From a virus: 45,230 bases of DNA. The notes beneath the pieces are model-generated. The model did no database searches and was not told the origin of the DNA. It was given only the letters and a program-made list of their open reading frames with translations. The stretch lies in IMG/VR virus record IMGVR_UViG_3300009093_000022; one strand, written 5' to 3'. Shown here piece by piece: positions 1 to 8,955 of this stretch (within the stretch, counting starts at the first letter, position 1; each line of letters starts with the position of its first letter). Both the position numbers and the translations under genes were made by a program.

Positions 1-123
1 ACGACAGTGTTCGAAGTAGTCGAGATCGTCAAGGCATACCCCTTTTGGGCATTGCCTTGCGACCGCACGAGCTACAACGTGGAATGTGTTCCCGGCGTGC
101 GCAAGTTGTGGATTACTGATTTC
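1..123. repeat. Terminal direct repeat copy A (identical to 45108..45230)
   Basis: Base-for-base identity with the last 123 nt. Contains the 5' end of the tailspike ORF and the stop of the 1859-aa ORF, so it is a circular-closure overlap or terminal redundancy. Confidence 0.95.
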
Positions 124-3100
124 CTTGTCCAAGAGCCAACCCGCGCGCCAGATCTACTGCGCTCTTCGGGTGCTGCTTACCGCTCTTGACATCCGCTGCA
201 TATTGTAGCGTAGTCCCAATCTGTCCGGCACCCGGAATCGCCAATCCAATGGCATTCCCGAGATCCTTAATAGGTGCTTTCGGTTGCTTTCCATGAGCCG
301 CATCCCATGCGTCCTTGAACGGCTTTCCTCCTGCCGAAAGCGCCCGCATCAGTGGCGACAGGCCCGCGTCGTTGAAACCTTTCAGGGCCGACCACGCGTC
401 ACGCAATCCCGGAACCATCCCGGCGAATTCCCCGGTGATAGCCTTCGCCGCCCATTCTCCGAATCCCTCGCCCTTGTGTTGCTTCTCGACGACACCGGCT
501 GCGAGAGCCGGGACGATCGACGCCATCAGGAATCGAGCCAGCACTTCAGGCTTGGAAAAGCCAGAAGTCCGAAGTTTGTCCGCCATGTCCATCGTTTGAC
601 CCAAACTGTTGTTCATGAAGCCGTAGAGAGTGGTCATCATCTTGACCGCCTCGCTCTTGCTTTGAAGGATGCGCGATCGCGCCGACTCGATCTGGCTACC
701 ATGCGCCTCACGGACGATCTGGTTCGCGTATTCGATCGCATCAGCTTCGCTCATCGGCTTGCCCGTGCCGCCACGGTTGGTCGGGATGCCTTCGGTGATT
801 GCGCGGTCATACGCAGCCCACGCCGTGGGGACTGCGGACAGCAGGTCTAGATACGCGACGCCGGCATGACCAAACCGCTCAGCCTTCGAATGGAAACTCT
901 CTGGCTCAAACAGCGATGCCGTGGTTTGACGATAGTCGCGATCCTGCTGCATGGCGCGCGCTCGGATCTCTGGGAACTTCTCGATCGCCCCTTCCATCAT
1001 GCCTGTGTGGTCGGTGGCCATCTGTGCCGCCCGAGCGAGGAAGTATTTGTTGCCGCCGCCCGAGAAATACCCCGACGACTTGAACAGGGCGGAGCCGCCA
1101 TGCTTGATCATCGTCGAGATTCGCAGGGCAATTCCGTTCGCGACCAGCATGTGTCGGGTCGACTCCATGATCTTGCCGAGGCGGCTCATCTGCGCGTCCG
1201 TGTTCGGGCCGTTCGCCAAGTCACCAATCCATTCCTGCATCGCCTTGTACTGCTCGGTTCCATAGGTCAACTGGAACTGGCGCCGGAAGTCCTGACTCGA
1301 CAGGATCTTGTGCGCGTCGAGCAATGCCTCGCGATAGGCAAGATCGTGGATCGTGTCATGCAGACGTCGTTCGATCGAATGGAATCCAAGGTCGAGCCGA
1401 TCGAAATAGTTCGTCCGTGCGTTCAATGAGCCGTTGGTCGTCGTGTCGGCACGGAAATATCCCTTGCCGAACAGGCCTTCGCTCGGGTTGATGGCAGTCG
1501 CGTCGGACTTCCTGACCGCCAGTTTCGAGCGGATCGGATCGTAGTCGATCGGGGCATAGCCCCCCTTCATCTCGATACCGTCCGGCGTGCGGAACGGCCG
1601 CGGCTCGATGTGGTCGGGTGAGACATTCCCCAGGCGCTGGTTCATCGCAACCATGTCAGGCCAGTGGCGCTCGAATGCATCCCACGTTGCCTGCGTCGCC
1701 TTCCAGTCGGCCGGCGTCATGTTCTCGTGCAGGAACGCCCAGACGTCCCGGCCATCCCATTCCATGCCGCGGGTCAGCTTTTCGAAGTTCGATTCGTTGC
1801 CAACGTGGCGAGCGATACCGAGCATGTCGCCGCGCGTCAGGCGCCGATAGACTGGTTCGCCCATCTCCTGCGTCAGATCGGCATCGATCAGTCGGCTGTT
1901 CGGTACCAAGTCACTCAGCGAATTCTGCCAGTCCACACCGAGTTCTCCGGCTACTGACCGGAAATCATCGGCCAGCGTCTTGAGCATGTCGATCTTGCGA
2001 TAGTTGGCATCGAACACCCGATCGAAGATCGCGCGAGTGAACGGACCCAGCACCTCATGCTGGTCGAACTGATTGGCCTTGAACTGCTGAGGTTTCAATT
2101 CTGCAACAGAGGCCCGAAGCCACGACCCCATCCGGTCGAGCGCAACCCGAACGAGTGGGTCAGTACCGACGCGAGGCCGATCGACAATCTCCTGCATGGA
2201 GAACTGTTCGCCGCGGGCTTTCATCTTGTCGACGAGATCGCCGACGATTTCGTCCAGAGCCATTCGCTTGCCGGCGACTGTAACTGTCTTGCGCTCCTTG
2301 GCGATTTGCTCGAGCGAACGGATCGTATCGTTGAATCCTCGAAGCTGCTCGACCGTCATGTCCTTGTAATGCATGCGGACAGTTGGATCCAGCATGCCGG
2401 GATGTTCGACCGGTGCGTATCCGTACGCCTTCTGCGTATCCATCCAGTCCTGAAGCGATACCTGCTGCTTGGTCGGGCCTTCGGGCGGTTTCTGGCGGAA
2501 ATCGAATCGCTCGCGCAGTGCGTCGATTTGCTCGAGCACATCCGGATCCATCTTCGCGCGGATGCTGGCCTTGTCGTAACGGGCCTGCGACGACACGATC
2601 TTCTTGATGTCGGCGATCGCATCTCGCGCAGCCTTCGCCAGCCGGTTAGACAACAACGCCTGGCGCTGGGCTTCGACTGCCTTCTCGGGGCTTTTCGGCG
2701 CCTGTGCAATAGCTTCTCGGTTGGCCTTCGTCTCGGCGACTTCATGCTGGCGCGGGTTGACGTCTCGCACACGTTTCTGCGCAATAGCCGACTGCGCCGC
2801 CTCGTCTGCCGCCTTCGTCAAGTCACGCACCGGAACCGGAGACTTCGCGAGGATCTTCAGCCCGGTCGCCATGAAGCGGGCGCGGGCTTCGTTGTGGACG
2901 GCTTCGTTCGCCGCATCCTCGATCGCCTGAGGGTCGACCAGTTCGCCGTGACGTTCCAGCATGCGCTGATCGGTCAGGCGATCGATCTCGGCGTTGCGGT
3001 CAGCCTTCGTGCGATCCAGGCCGGCGATCAGTTCTTCGCGGCTCGGGATGCCGAACTGCTCCGCGACCGCATCCATGATGACGGATTCTTTCTTCTTCAG

Positions 3101-5692
3101 GTCGTTTGCAGCGATATAGTTCCGGGCCCGCTCGATCGGCGAGTTGTCCATCTCGCGCGTGACTTCCTCCCGAATCAGATCCCGTTGCGCATTCGCCTCG
3201 CGCTGCATTGCGCGAATCGCCTTAGACTTGGCACGGCTCGCCCACTTCATGTCCTTCAGGCTGCGTTCCTGCATGTCGGAGACGGCCTGATCCGTGGCAT
3301 GCTGACCCAGCGCGGCATAGTTCGAAAGCTGCTTCTCGGTCGCGCCTGACTTCGACAGGTCGAGCGGAGCATATCCACGTGCGGCCTCCGTCTCGCGGAT
3401 AGCCTGATCCGAAGCCAGCAGCCGGTCGAACACTCCGCGCACCTCGGGACTCAGTTGAACCCCGAGCGACGCGACGCTGCGGTAGAGGTTGACCAGCCAC
3501 GAACGGAACCGCGCGAACAGCGGTTGAAGCGCCTGGGTCGGGGCCTTCCCTTCCATCAGGTATGCCTCGAATCCACGGGCGAACTTTTCGTGGACGTTGC
3601 GCTGCTGCTCAAGCGTGCGTCCTTGCCAGTCAGCGATATCCTTGCCTCCGGCCCACGACAGGAAGGTCTGGAGGTCGTCCTTGATAGCCGGCGGCGCACC
3701 TTCCCGGCTCGCGAGATCGGTCAGCGTATCGAGGAAGAAGTGCCCGGACTCATGCAGAAAGGTCGACAGGTCGGCGTCCTGCAACAGTGCGACCGTGCGA
3801 GTCTCCGGGTCGAACGCACCGCGGGCGGATTGCTCGAGCGCACCTTCCGGAGCTTCTCCCGCGATGCGCAGCGGGAATTCCTTGTACATCTCGGCCGGCG
3901 TCATCCCGGCCCGCTCGGCCATCGTCCGGTAGAACTCGGTCACTGGGGCCACGCTTGCCTTCACCACGTCAGCCGGATAGCGGCCGGTCGCGGTCATCTG
4001 CTCCGTCAGCGAGTCACCGATCCGCTTGATTTCCTCGTCCTGCGTGGCAGCGTCGGTCTGCATCTTGACCAGTTCATCCGCGCGCGTCGACATTTCCTCC
4101 TTCACGTTCTGGAAGAACTGTTGACCTTCGGCGTACGTCATGCCGCCTTCTTCGGTCTTCAGGTTCGGCAGGATGGCTGCATCCAGAGGGGTTCCAGCGA
4201 TGTGCGTCGCGTAGTCCTCGATCGGAATCTGGACGTCACCGCCAGTTGCTGTCGCTTCCTGAACACGAGCGGCCAAGTCAGGCATGACCGACGTGTCGAT
4301 CGGAGATTGATGCAGGGCATCGGAGAGAGTCTTGCCGTCCACATAGACCGACTGCACCGGACCATCTTCGGCCGCGTCCGCCACGAAGCGCTTGAACGCT
4401 TCCGGGTCGTACTGGCGCAGCTTCGACTCAGCCGCGATCTGGCTGAGCCGCTCGATCGAGGCGCCCCCACGCTCTGCGGTTTCTGCCGCCAGCCCATCCG
4501 AGAATGCACGGCGAGTCGCGTCATGAAGCGGGTTCTGTCCCATCACGCCAGACAGCATGGCGCCAGACAAGCCCGACAGGATCGTGTTGGTCGGATCGAA
4601 GCCTTCTTGTTGCGGCATCACCAGGTTCATCGCCTGGCGACTCACTTCACCCGATACGGCGCCAGACACGAAGCCGGATGCAAGACGAGTGCCGAGGCCG
4701 CCAGCCGCGCCGATCGGCACCACCCCGCCGAGGGTCGTTGTCGCGTAGCTCATCTGCGCAGCACGGATCGCCTGCTGCATGTCGCCGGTCTGGTTGTACA
4801 CGTCCGTACCGGTGTTGACCGCCGACGTCAGCGCCGGGAACAGCATGGCTTTCGCGCCGTGCATTGCCGCCTGCCCGACTGCCGCAAGACCTTCAGTCGC
4901 GGTAGCTGCCTCTCCGCCACCGGCTGTTCCCATGATCTGCACCAGCGTGCCGAGCATGTTGCCGACCGTGTCCGCAGCCTTCACGCCGAACGGCGCATTC
5001 GCTGGTGTCGCCAGCATCTGCCGATTCGCCAGCGGCGGGGCGATCATGTGCCGATACCACCAGTCGGACAGGTGGGTTCCGGCATCCTGACCCGTGACGA
5101 CACTCGACAGGTTCGGGCCAGCAATCGCGCTGGTCGCCTTGTCGATGCCGGACAGACCTGCCCCGATGGCGCGGTTCAGCCCCAGTGCTGCGCTGTTGAA
5201 GCTTGAGCCAAACCCGCGCGCGAGTCCCCCGAGAAAATCGCGCATCATGCCCGTGGTCTGCTGCGACACGATCAAGTCGATGTCGTTCAGACCGCCGAGT
5301 TCGTCTTTCGCGATACGGGCTGAGTCGGGATTGTTGACGGCCCAATTGGCGAGCTTCGGATTGCCGGCCAGAGCAGCGGCTCCCTGCTGCGCCTTGGCCT
5401 GAGCCTCGTAACGCGAGAGGTCAGTCTCGACCGCGCCTTGCGGCAATCCGATCTGACGCCCGACTTGAGCTGCTCGACCGGCCGTGTCAGCCGGCACGTC
5501 CTGCGTACCGATTACCTGAGCCTGTGCGGCGCGGACGTTAGCTGCATCGCTTGCTGCCTTCTGGTCGCGCAGGAATGCCTCGAACGGATCGGCCCCTTGC
5601 TGGTTTGACGTCTGCGGTTCAGGCGCGAGCGGACTCTGGGCCTGAGCACCGCCCTTGTTGTCTTGCAGAAAGGACTCGAAATCATCGGCCAT
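113..5692 (-). CDS. Giant internal virion / DNA-ejection protein (polyvalent-type) with HExxH metallopeptidase-like motif
   Basis: 1859-aa ORF, last gene of the ejection-protein block before the tailspike. Gly/Ala-rich hydrophobic stretch at about residues 240-390. HESGH at residues 647-651 (nt 3740..3754). Confidence 0.6.
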   Translation of the reverse strand: MADDFESFLQDNKGGAQAQSPLAPEPQTSNQQGADPFEAFLRDQKAASDAANVRAAQAQVIGTQDVPADTAGRAAQVGRQIGLPQGAVETDLSRYEAQAKAQQGAAALAGNPKLANWAVNNPDSARIAKDELGGLNDIDLIVSQQTTGMMRDFLGGLARGFGSSFNSAALGLNRAIGAGLSGIDKATSAIAGPNLSSVVTGQDAGTHLSDWWYRHMIAPPLANRQMLATPANAPFGVKAADTVGNMLGTLVQIMGTAGGGEAATATEGLAAVGQAAMHGAKAMLFPALTSAVNTGTDVYNQTGDMQQAIRAAQMSYATTTLGGVVPIGAAGGLGTRLASGFVSGAVSGEVSRQAMNLVMPQQEGFDPTNTILSGLSGAMLSGVMGQNPLHDATRRAFSDGLAAETAERGGASIERLSQIAAESKLRQYDPEAFKRFVADAAEDGPVQSVYVDGKTLSDALHQSPIDTSVMPDLAARVQEATATGGDVQIPIEDYATHIAGTPLDAAILPNLKTEEGGMTYAEGQQFFQNVKEEMSTRADELVKMQTDAATQDEEIKRIGDSLTEQMTATGRYPADVVKASVAPVTEFYRTMAERAGMTPAEMYKEFPLRIAGEAPEGALEQSARGAFDPETRTVALLQDADLSTFLHESGHFFLDTLTDLASREGAPPAIKDDLQTFLSWAGGKDIADWQGRTLEQQRNVHEKFARGFEAYLMEGKAPTQALQPLFARFRSWLVNLYRSVASLGVQLSPEVRGVFDRLLASDQAIRETEAARGYAPLDLSKSGATEKQLSNYAALGQHATDQAVSDMQERSLKDMKWASRAKSKAIRAMQREANAQRDLIREEVTREMDNSPIERARNYIAANDLKKKESVIMDAVAEQFGIPSREELIAGLDRTKADRNAEIDRLTDQRMLERHGELVDPQAIEDAANEAVHNEARARFMATGLKILAKSPVPVRDLTKAADEAAQSAIAQKRVRDVNPRQHEVAETKANREAIAQAPKSPEKAVEAQRQALLSNRLAKAARDAIADIKKIVSSQARYDKASIRAKMDPDVLEQIDALRERFDFRQKPPEGPTKQQVSLQDWMDTQKAYGYAPVEHPGMLDPTVRMHYKDMTVEQLRGFNDTIRSLEQIAKERKTVTVAGKRMALDEIVGDLVDKMKARGEQFSMQEIVDRPRVGTDPLVRVALDRMGSWLRASVAELKPQQFKANQFDQHEVLGPFTRAIFDRVFDANYRKIDMLKTLADDFRSVAGELGVDWQNSLSDLVPNSRLIDADLTQEMGEPVYRRLTRGDMLGIARHVGNESNFEKLTRGMEWDGRDVWAFLHENMTPADWKATQATWDAFERHWPDMVAMNQRLGNVSPDHIEPRPFRTPDGIEMKGGYAPIDYDPIRSKLAVRKSDATAINPSEGLFGKGYFRADTTTNGSLNARTNYFDRLDLGFHSIERRLHDTIHDLAYREALLDAHKILSSQDFRRQFQLTYGTEQYKAMQEWIGDLANGPNTDAQMSRLGKIMESTRHMLVANGIALRISTMIKHGGSALFKSSGYFSGGGNKYFLARAAQMATDHTGMMEGAIEKFPEIRARAMQQDRDYRQTTASLFEPESFHSKAERFGHAGVAYLDLLSAVPTAWAAYDRAITEGIPTNRGGTGKPMSEADAIEYANQIVREAHGSQIESARSRILQSKSEAVKMMTTLYGFMNNSLGQTMDMADKLRTSGFSKPEVLARFLMASIVPALAAGVVEKQHKGEGFGEWAAKAITGEFAGMVPGLRDAWSALKGFNDAGLSPLMRALSAGGKPFKDAWDAAHGKQPKAPIKDLGNAIGLAIPGAGQIGTTLQYAADVKSGKQHPKSAVDLARGLALGQGNQ

Positions 5693-7958
5693 TCTTGCGC
5701 CCCTTCGACAGCGTGTACCGGGTGTACCACTGGTTCAGTTCGTCGTCGGTCGGATCGTGACCCATCACGCGCTTGAACGTCGCGGCCAGTTGCGGCTTCT
5801 GGTCTTCAGGCACGGTCGCCGTGAACTTCGACAGGTCAGGCGACTGGAATGCCATCATGTCCTTGTTCATGCCGAACCAGCCGGCGCCAGCCTGCGAACC
5901 CTGCGAGATCAGGCCGGCTGCCATCTGGCGCGTCGTCTTCGTGTCCGGGTACTTCTTGTTCTGATCGTGATACTGGTCGATCGCTTCCTCGAGCTTGCCG
6001 TAGAACGTCGCGGTCGTCGCCGCTTCGTCGGTCCCGCCCTTTGCCGTTGCACCCAATCCCAGCGGCTTGAGCATGTCCTCGACCTCGCCCTTCGTGCGCG
6101 ACCAGTTCAGATCCTTGGCCGACCGAGCAGAATCAGCCTTGCTGACTGACATCTGTCGGTTCATCAGATCGAGAACTAGGTGGTCCGGCATCTGCCCGTA
6201 TAGCTTCGACAGATCCTCGTTCATGAAGGCGTCACCGTTGTTGACGGCCTCGCCACGCAAGCGGTAATACGTGTTCATGCCGTCCTGCGTCAGGGGTGCA
6301 TTCGTCTTCGACAGACGGTTTTGCACGGCCATCTGCCCTTCCGGAGTCAGTTGCGACCACGCGGTCTTGAGCGTGGGATTGGACATGATCTGGTCAACCG
6401 ACGTAATGCGGTCACTTCCATCAGGCTTGGAACCGACCAATGCGCGCGTAATCGTGTCGGTAGCGGCGGACTGTTGAACCCGGACGCCTTCGAGGATCTG
6501 ATTGCCGTACCCCTGAGTCCGAGCAGCCACCATGTCCGCAAACTGCGGATCGTTCGGGAACATGCGATCGGCGAGTGCCCGAGCTTCGTCGACCTTCTGC
6601 GGCAGGACAGTCGCGAGTTCGTGTGACGTCGGGAGTGCTGACGGCCGACCGTCCGAAGGGGTGATCATGCCCAATCCCTTGCCGACGTATGCACGCGTTT
6701 CCGAGAACGGAATCTTAGCCGCCCAGTCTGAGTCGCTAATCTGACCCGTGCGGGGGTCGCCGTATTTGGCGATCCACTTGTCGACCGTGCCCGGGCCGGC
6801 ATTGTAGGCAGCCAGCGTCAGTGCCGGATCTTGATACCGTGCCGTCATCGCGCCCAAGTAGTCGCGGCCGACACGTGCTAGTTCCTCTGGGCTGTTGTCC
6901 TTCGCAGGAGTCACGCCGAACCCCGGATTTCGGGATGTAAGAGGCATGACCTGCATCTCTCCCTGAGCACCTTTCGGCGACGTCAGGGATTCTCCGTTCG
7001 GCCCGGTTCCACCTTCCAGCGCCTTGACGACACCAGTCAAGGCGGGCGATCCCTGCGAAGCCCCTTGCAAAGTCTGAGGATCGAGCGCCCCGCCCTGATA
7101 GATGATCCCGCGCCCGATGTTGCGCGCCAGCACTTCCTTCGCCCCACGCATCAGGTAGTTCTCGAGCGACGGCAGTTCGGCCGGCGTGATCTGCGACTTG
7201 ATATCGGTGTGCTGGGTCTGTCCGTTGGCCGACCATTCCTCTCCGTTCTCCAGCATCGAATACGCGCCGACTGGATCGTGGAGCGCCATATTCGACAGGC
7301 GGTCCTTCCACATCTGGCTTGTATCGTTCTGGATCTGGGCGCGCGCGTACTCCACCGGCTGACCGATCGCCGCGGCGTGGGCCATGCGTTCAGCGGCGAC
7401 AGACTGGAGCGCCCCGTTGAATATGATCGGATCATTCCAGTGGTCGGAAGCTCGTTGCTGCTCGGACTTCACCATGCCCTCGCTGGCCTGTGTCTGGTAC
7501 ACCTTGTTCTGCTGATCGGCGTACCGCGACATCCCGTCCAGTTCCATCTGCGTGCGCCGCGTCGACACCTGGTCGAACATGCGCTGCGCCATCGGGTCCT
7601 GAAGCTGGGCCCGCTGCTGTTGCTGCAAGTCCTGCAACTGCTGCTGAAACTTCGGCAACTGGTCTACGGCGTCCTTGCCTTGCAACGCGTAGTAGTTCGT
7701 GTAGATCTGCCGAAGCGCGGGACTGAAGCTGTTCGCGTACTGGTTGTTTGCGTCCGTCTCGCGCTGCAAATCCAACTGCCGTACGGCAGCCTGAGTGACT
7801 TGATCGCCGCCTTGCTGGATTCCTTGCGCCAATTTCCCCGTTGCTTCGGCCGTAATCCCACCGAACGCATCCGGCGTCGCACCCGCAATCTGCTGCGGTT
7901 GCAGGGTGACGTTGCTGAAAACGCTTTGCGAGGTCTCGAGTTTCGGCAGGATCGGCAT
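5682..7958 (-). CDS. Internal virion protein with soluble lytic transglycosylase (SLT) domain
   Basis: 758 aa. SLT-like signature GAQGEMQVMP ... AAYNAGPGTVDKW. Position between a small internal virion protein and the giant protein resembles T7-type peptidoglycan-degrading core proteins. Confidence 0.7.
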   Translation of the reverse strand: MPILPKLETSQSVFSNVTLQPQQIAGATPDAFGGITAEATGKLAQGIQQGGDQVTQAAVRQLDLQRETDANNQYANSFSPALRQIYTNYYALQGKDAVDQLPKFQQQLQDLQQQQRAQLQDPMAQRMFDQVSTRRTQMELDGMSRYADQQNKVYQTQASEGMVKSEQQRASDHWNDPIIFNGALQSVAAERMAHAAAIGQPVEYARAQIQNDTSQMWKDRLSNMALHDPVGAYSMLENGEEWSANGQTQHTDIKSQITPAELPSLENYLMRGAKEVLARNIGRGIIYQGGALDPQTLQGASQGSPALTGVVKALEGGTGPNGESLTSPKGAQGEMQVMPLTSRNPGFGVTPAKDNSPEELARVGRDYLGAMTARYQDPALTLAAYNAGPGTVDKWIAKYGDPRTGQISDSDWAAKIPFSETRAYVGKGLGMITPSDGRPSALPTSHELATVLPQKVDEARALADRMFPNDPQFADMVAARTQGYGNQILEGVRVQQSAATDTITRALVGSKPDGSDRITSVDQIMSNPTLKTAWSQLTPEGQMAVQNRLSKTNAPLTQDGMNTYYRLRGEAVNNGDAFMNEDLSKLYGQMPDHLVLDLMNRQMSVSKADSARSAKDLNWSRTKGEVEDMLKPLGLGATAKGGTDEAATTATFYGKLEEAIDQYHDQNKKYPDTKTTRQMAAGLISQGSQAGAGWFGMNKDMMAFQSPDLSKFTATVPEDQKPQLAATFKRVMGHDPTDDELNQWYTRYTLSKGRKNGR

Positions 7959-7961
7959 GAC

Positions 7962-8492
7962 TTAGCTCGTCGCAGACGGGTAGAACTTGTTCCACTGGTT
8001 CGCGAATGTCCCGGCGCCGGATAGCAGTGTGGAGAAGCTGCCCATCAGCCCAGCGGTTTCGGCTTGGCTGGCGCGCATCGAGTCGAGTTGAGACTGTGCA
8101 CTGTAGTCAGACCCTTGGTTGCGGAAGTTCCACGCCGATCGAGCAGCGTTCGACGTAATCGTCGCCTGGTTCAACTGGTCGACCTGAGCAACACCTTCCT
8201 GATTGCGTAACGCCGAGCCGGAATTCAGATCGATGCCGCCGGCACCCATCACCGCGCGGATCATGCCTTGATGCTGGGCGGCTTGCTCGCGGGCGGCTTG
8301 CAGTTGCTGATTGCCGCTGTCGGTTGCCGCATTAGCGTTGAATGCTGCAATCTTGGCATTGTTCGCAGCCACCTGAGCCTGGTAGTTAGCCGCTTCAGAC
8401 TGGGCCTGCGCGTTGGCGACGGCACTATACGCACCGACTGCCGTACTTACGACAGTCGCTGCAATGGCGATTGGTACTGCGGCGGGACCCAT
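7962..8492 (-). CDS. Putative internal virion protein (N-terminal membrane anchor, Ala/Gln/Asn-rich)
   Basis: 176 aa. Hydrophobic N-terminus PAAVPIAIAATVVSTAVGAY followed by a coiled, low-complexity region. Tightly packed between the tail and SLT genes. Confidence 0.4.
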   Translation of the reverse strand: MGPAAVPIAIAATVVSTAVGAYSAVANAQAQSEAANYQAQVAANNAKIAAFNANAATDSGNQQLQAAREQAAQHQGMIRAVMGAGGIDLNSGSALRNQEGVAQVDQLNQATITSNAARSAWNFRNQGSDYSAQSQLDSMRASQAETAGLMGSFSTLLSGAGTFANQWNKFYPSATS

Positions 8493-8493
8493 A

Positions 8494-8955
8494 TCAGCCT
8501 CCTATTTCGAAACGGCGCCACGGCTCACGAGCAACGCCCCATGGTTCTGGCTCATCTATCTTTGCGCCAAGCCATTCAAGCCAGCGGATTGACAACCCAT
8601 ACCGGGCATCCACCATTCCGACCAAGCGAGGATGACGCTCCAGCAACTCGGGCAGCAACGTTTTGCACGCTCGCGCGAACTGTCGCGCATGCGTCTCTAC
8701 AAGGTAGGTCGTCAAGAACCACGGATACGACTGGGCATCAAGCATATTGGGCGAGATAATCCCAAACATGCATGCCACTTCGCCATCAATGATCCATGAC
8801 CACGCGGATGCTGAACGTTCCAACTCAAACAGCAGACCTTCCTCTGGATCAAATCCAGCACCACTCATGAGTTCACGCATCTCCGCGACGCGCATATTTG
8901 GCGCCATGCTGGTCGCATGTTCTCGGGTCGCCGGCACGATTTCTCCGAGCATCAA
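8494..8955 (-). CDS. Hypothetical virion-associated protein (possibly T7 gp13-like / GNAT-like fold)
   Basis: 153-aa ORF overlapping the upstream stop by 4 nt. The family assignment is only from weak recollection. Confidence 0.3.
   Translation of the reverse strand: MMLGEIVPATREHATSMAPNMRVAEMRELMSGAGFDPEEGLLFELERSASAWSWIIDGEVACMFGIISPNMLDAQSYPWFLTTYLVETHARQFARACKTLLPELLERHPRLVGMVDARYGLSIRWLEWLGAKIDEPEPWGVAREPWRRFEIGG

Noticed and set aside
1-189. ORF 7..189(+) at the window start
   Set aside because: It is antisense to the tailspike 5' end and the giant-gene 3' end within the closure repeat, and has no coding support.
2057-5206. Long plus-strand ORFs (2057..3349, 430 aa; 3455..5206, 583 aa) antisense to the giant virion gene
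   Set aside because: Arg/Leu/Val/His-rich composition typical of antisense frames in high-GC DNA. They are fully contained in a strongly supported minus-strand gene, and no start context is evident. The same reasoning applies to 7065..8024, 11028..13118, 12893..14218, 14300..15136, 15932..17119, 19152..19823, 20819..21986, 38008..38859 and 43511..44209.
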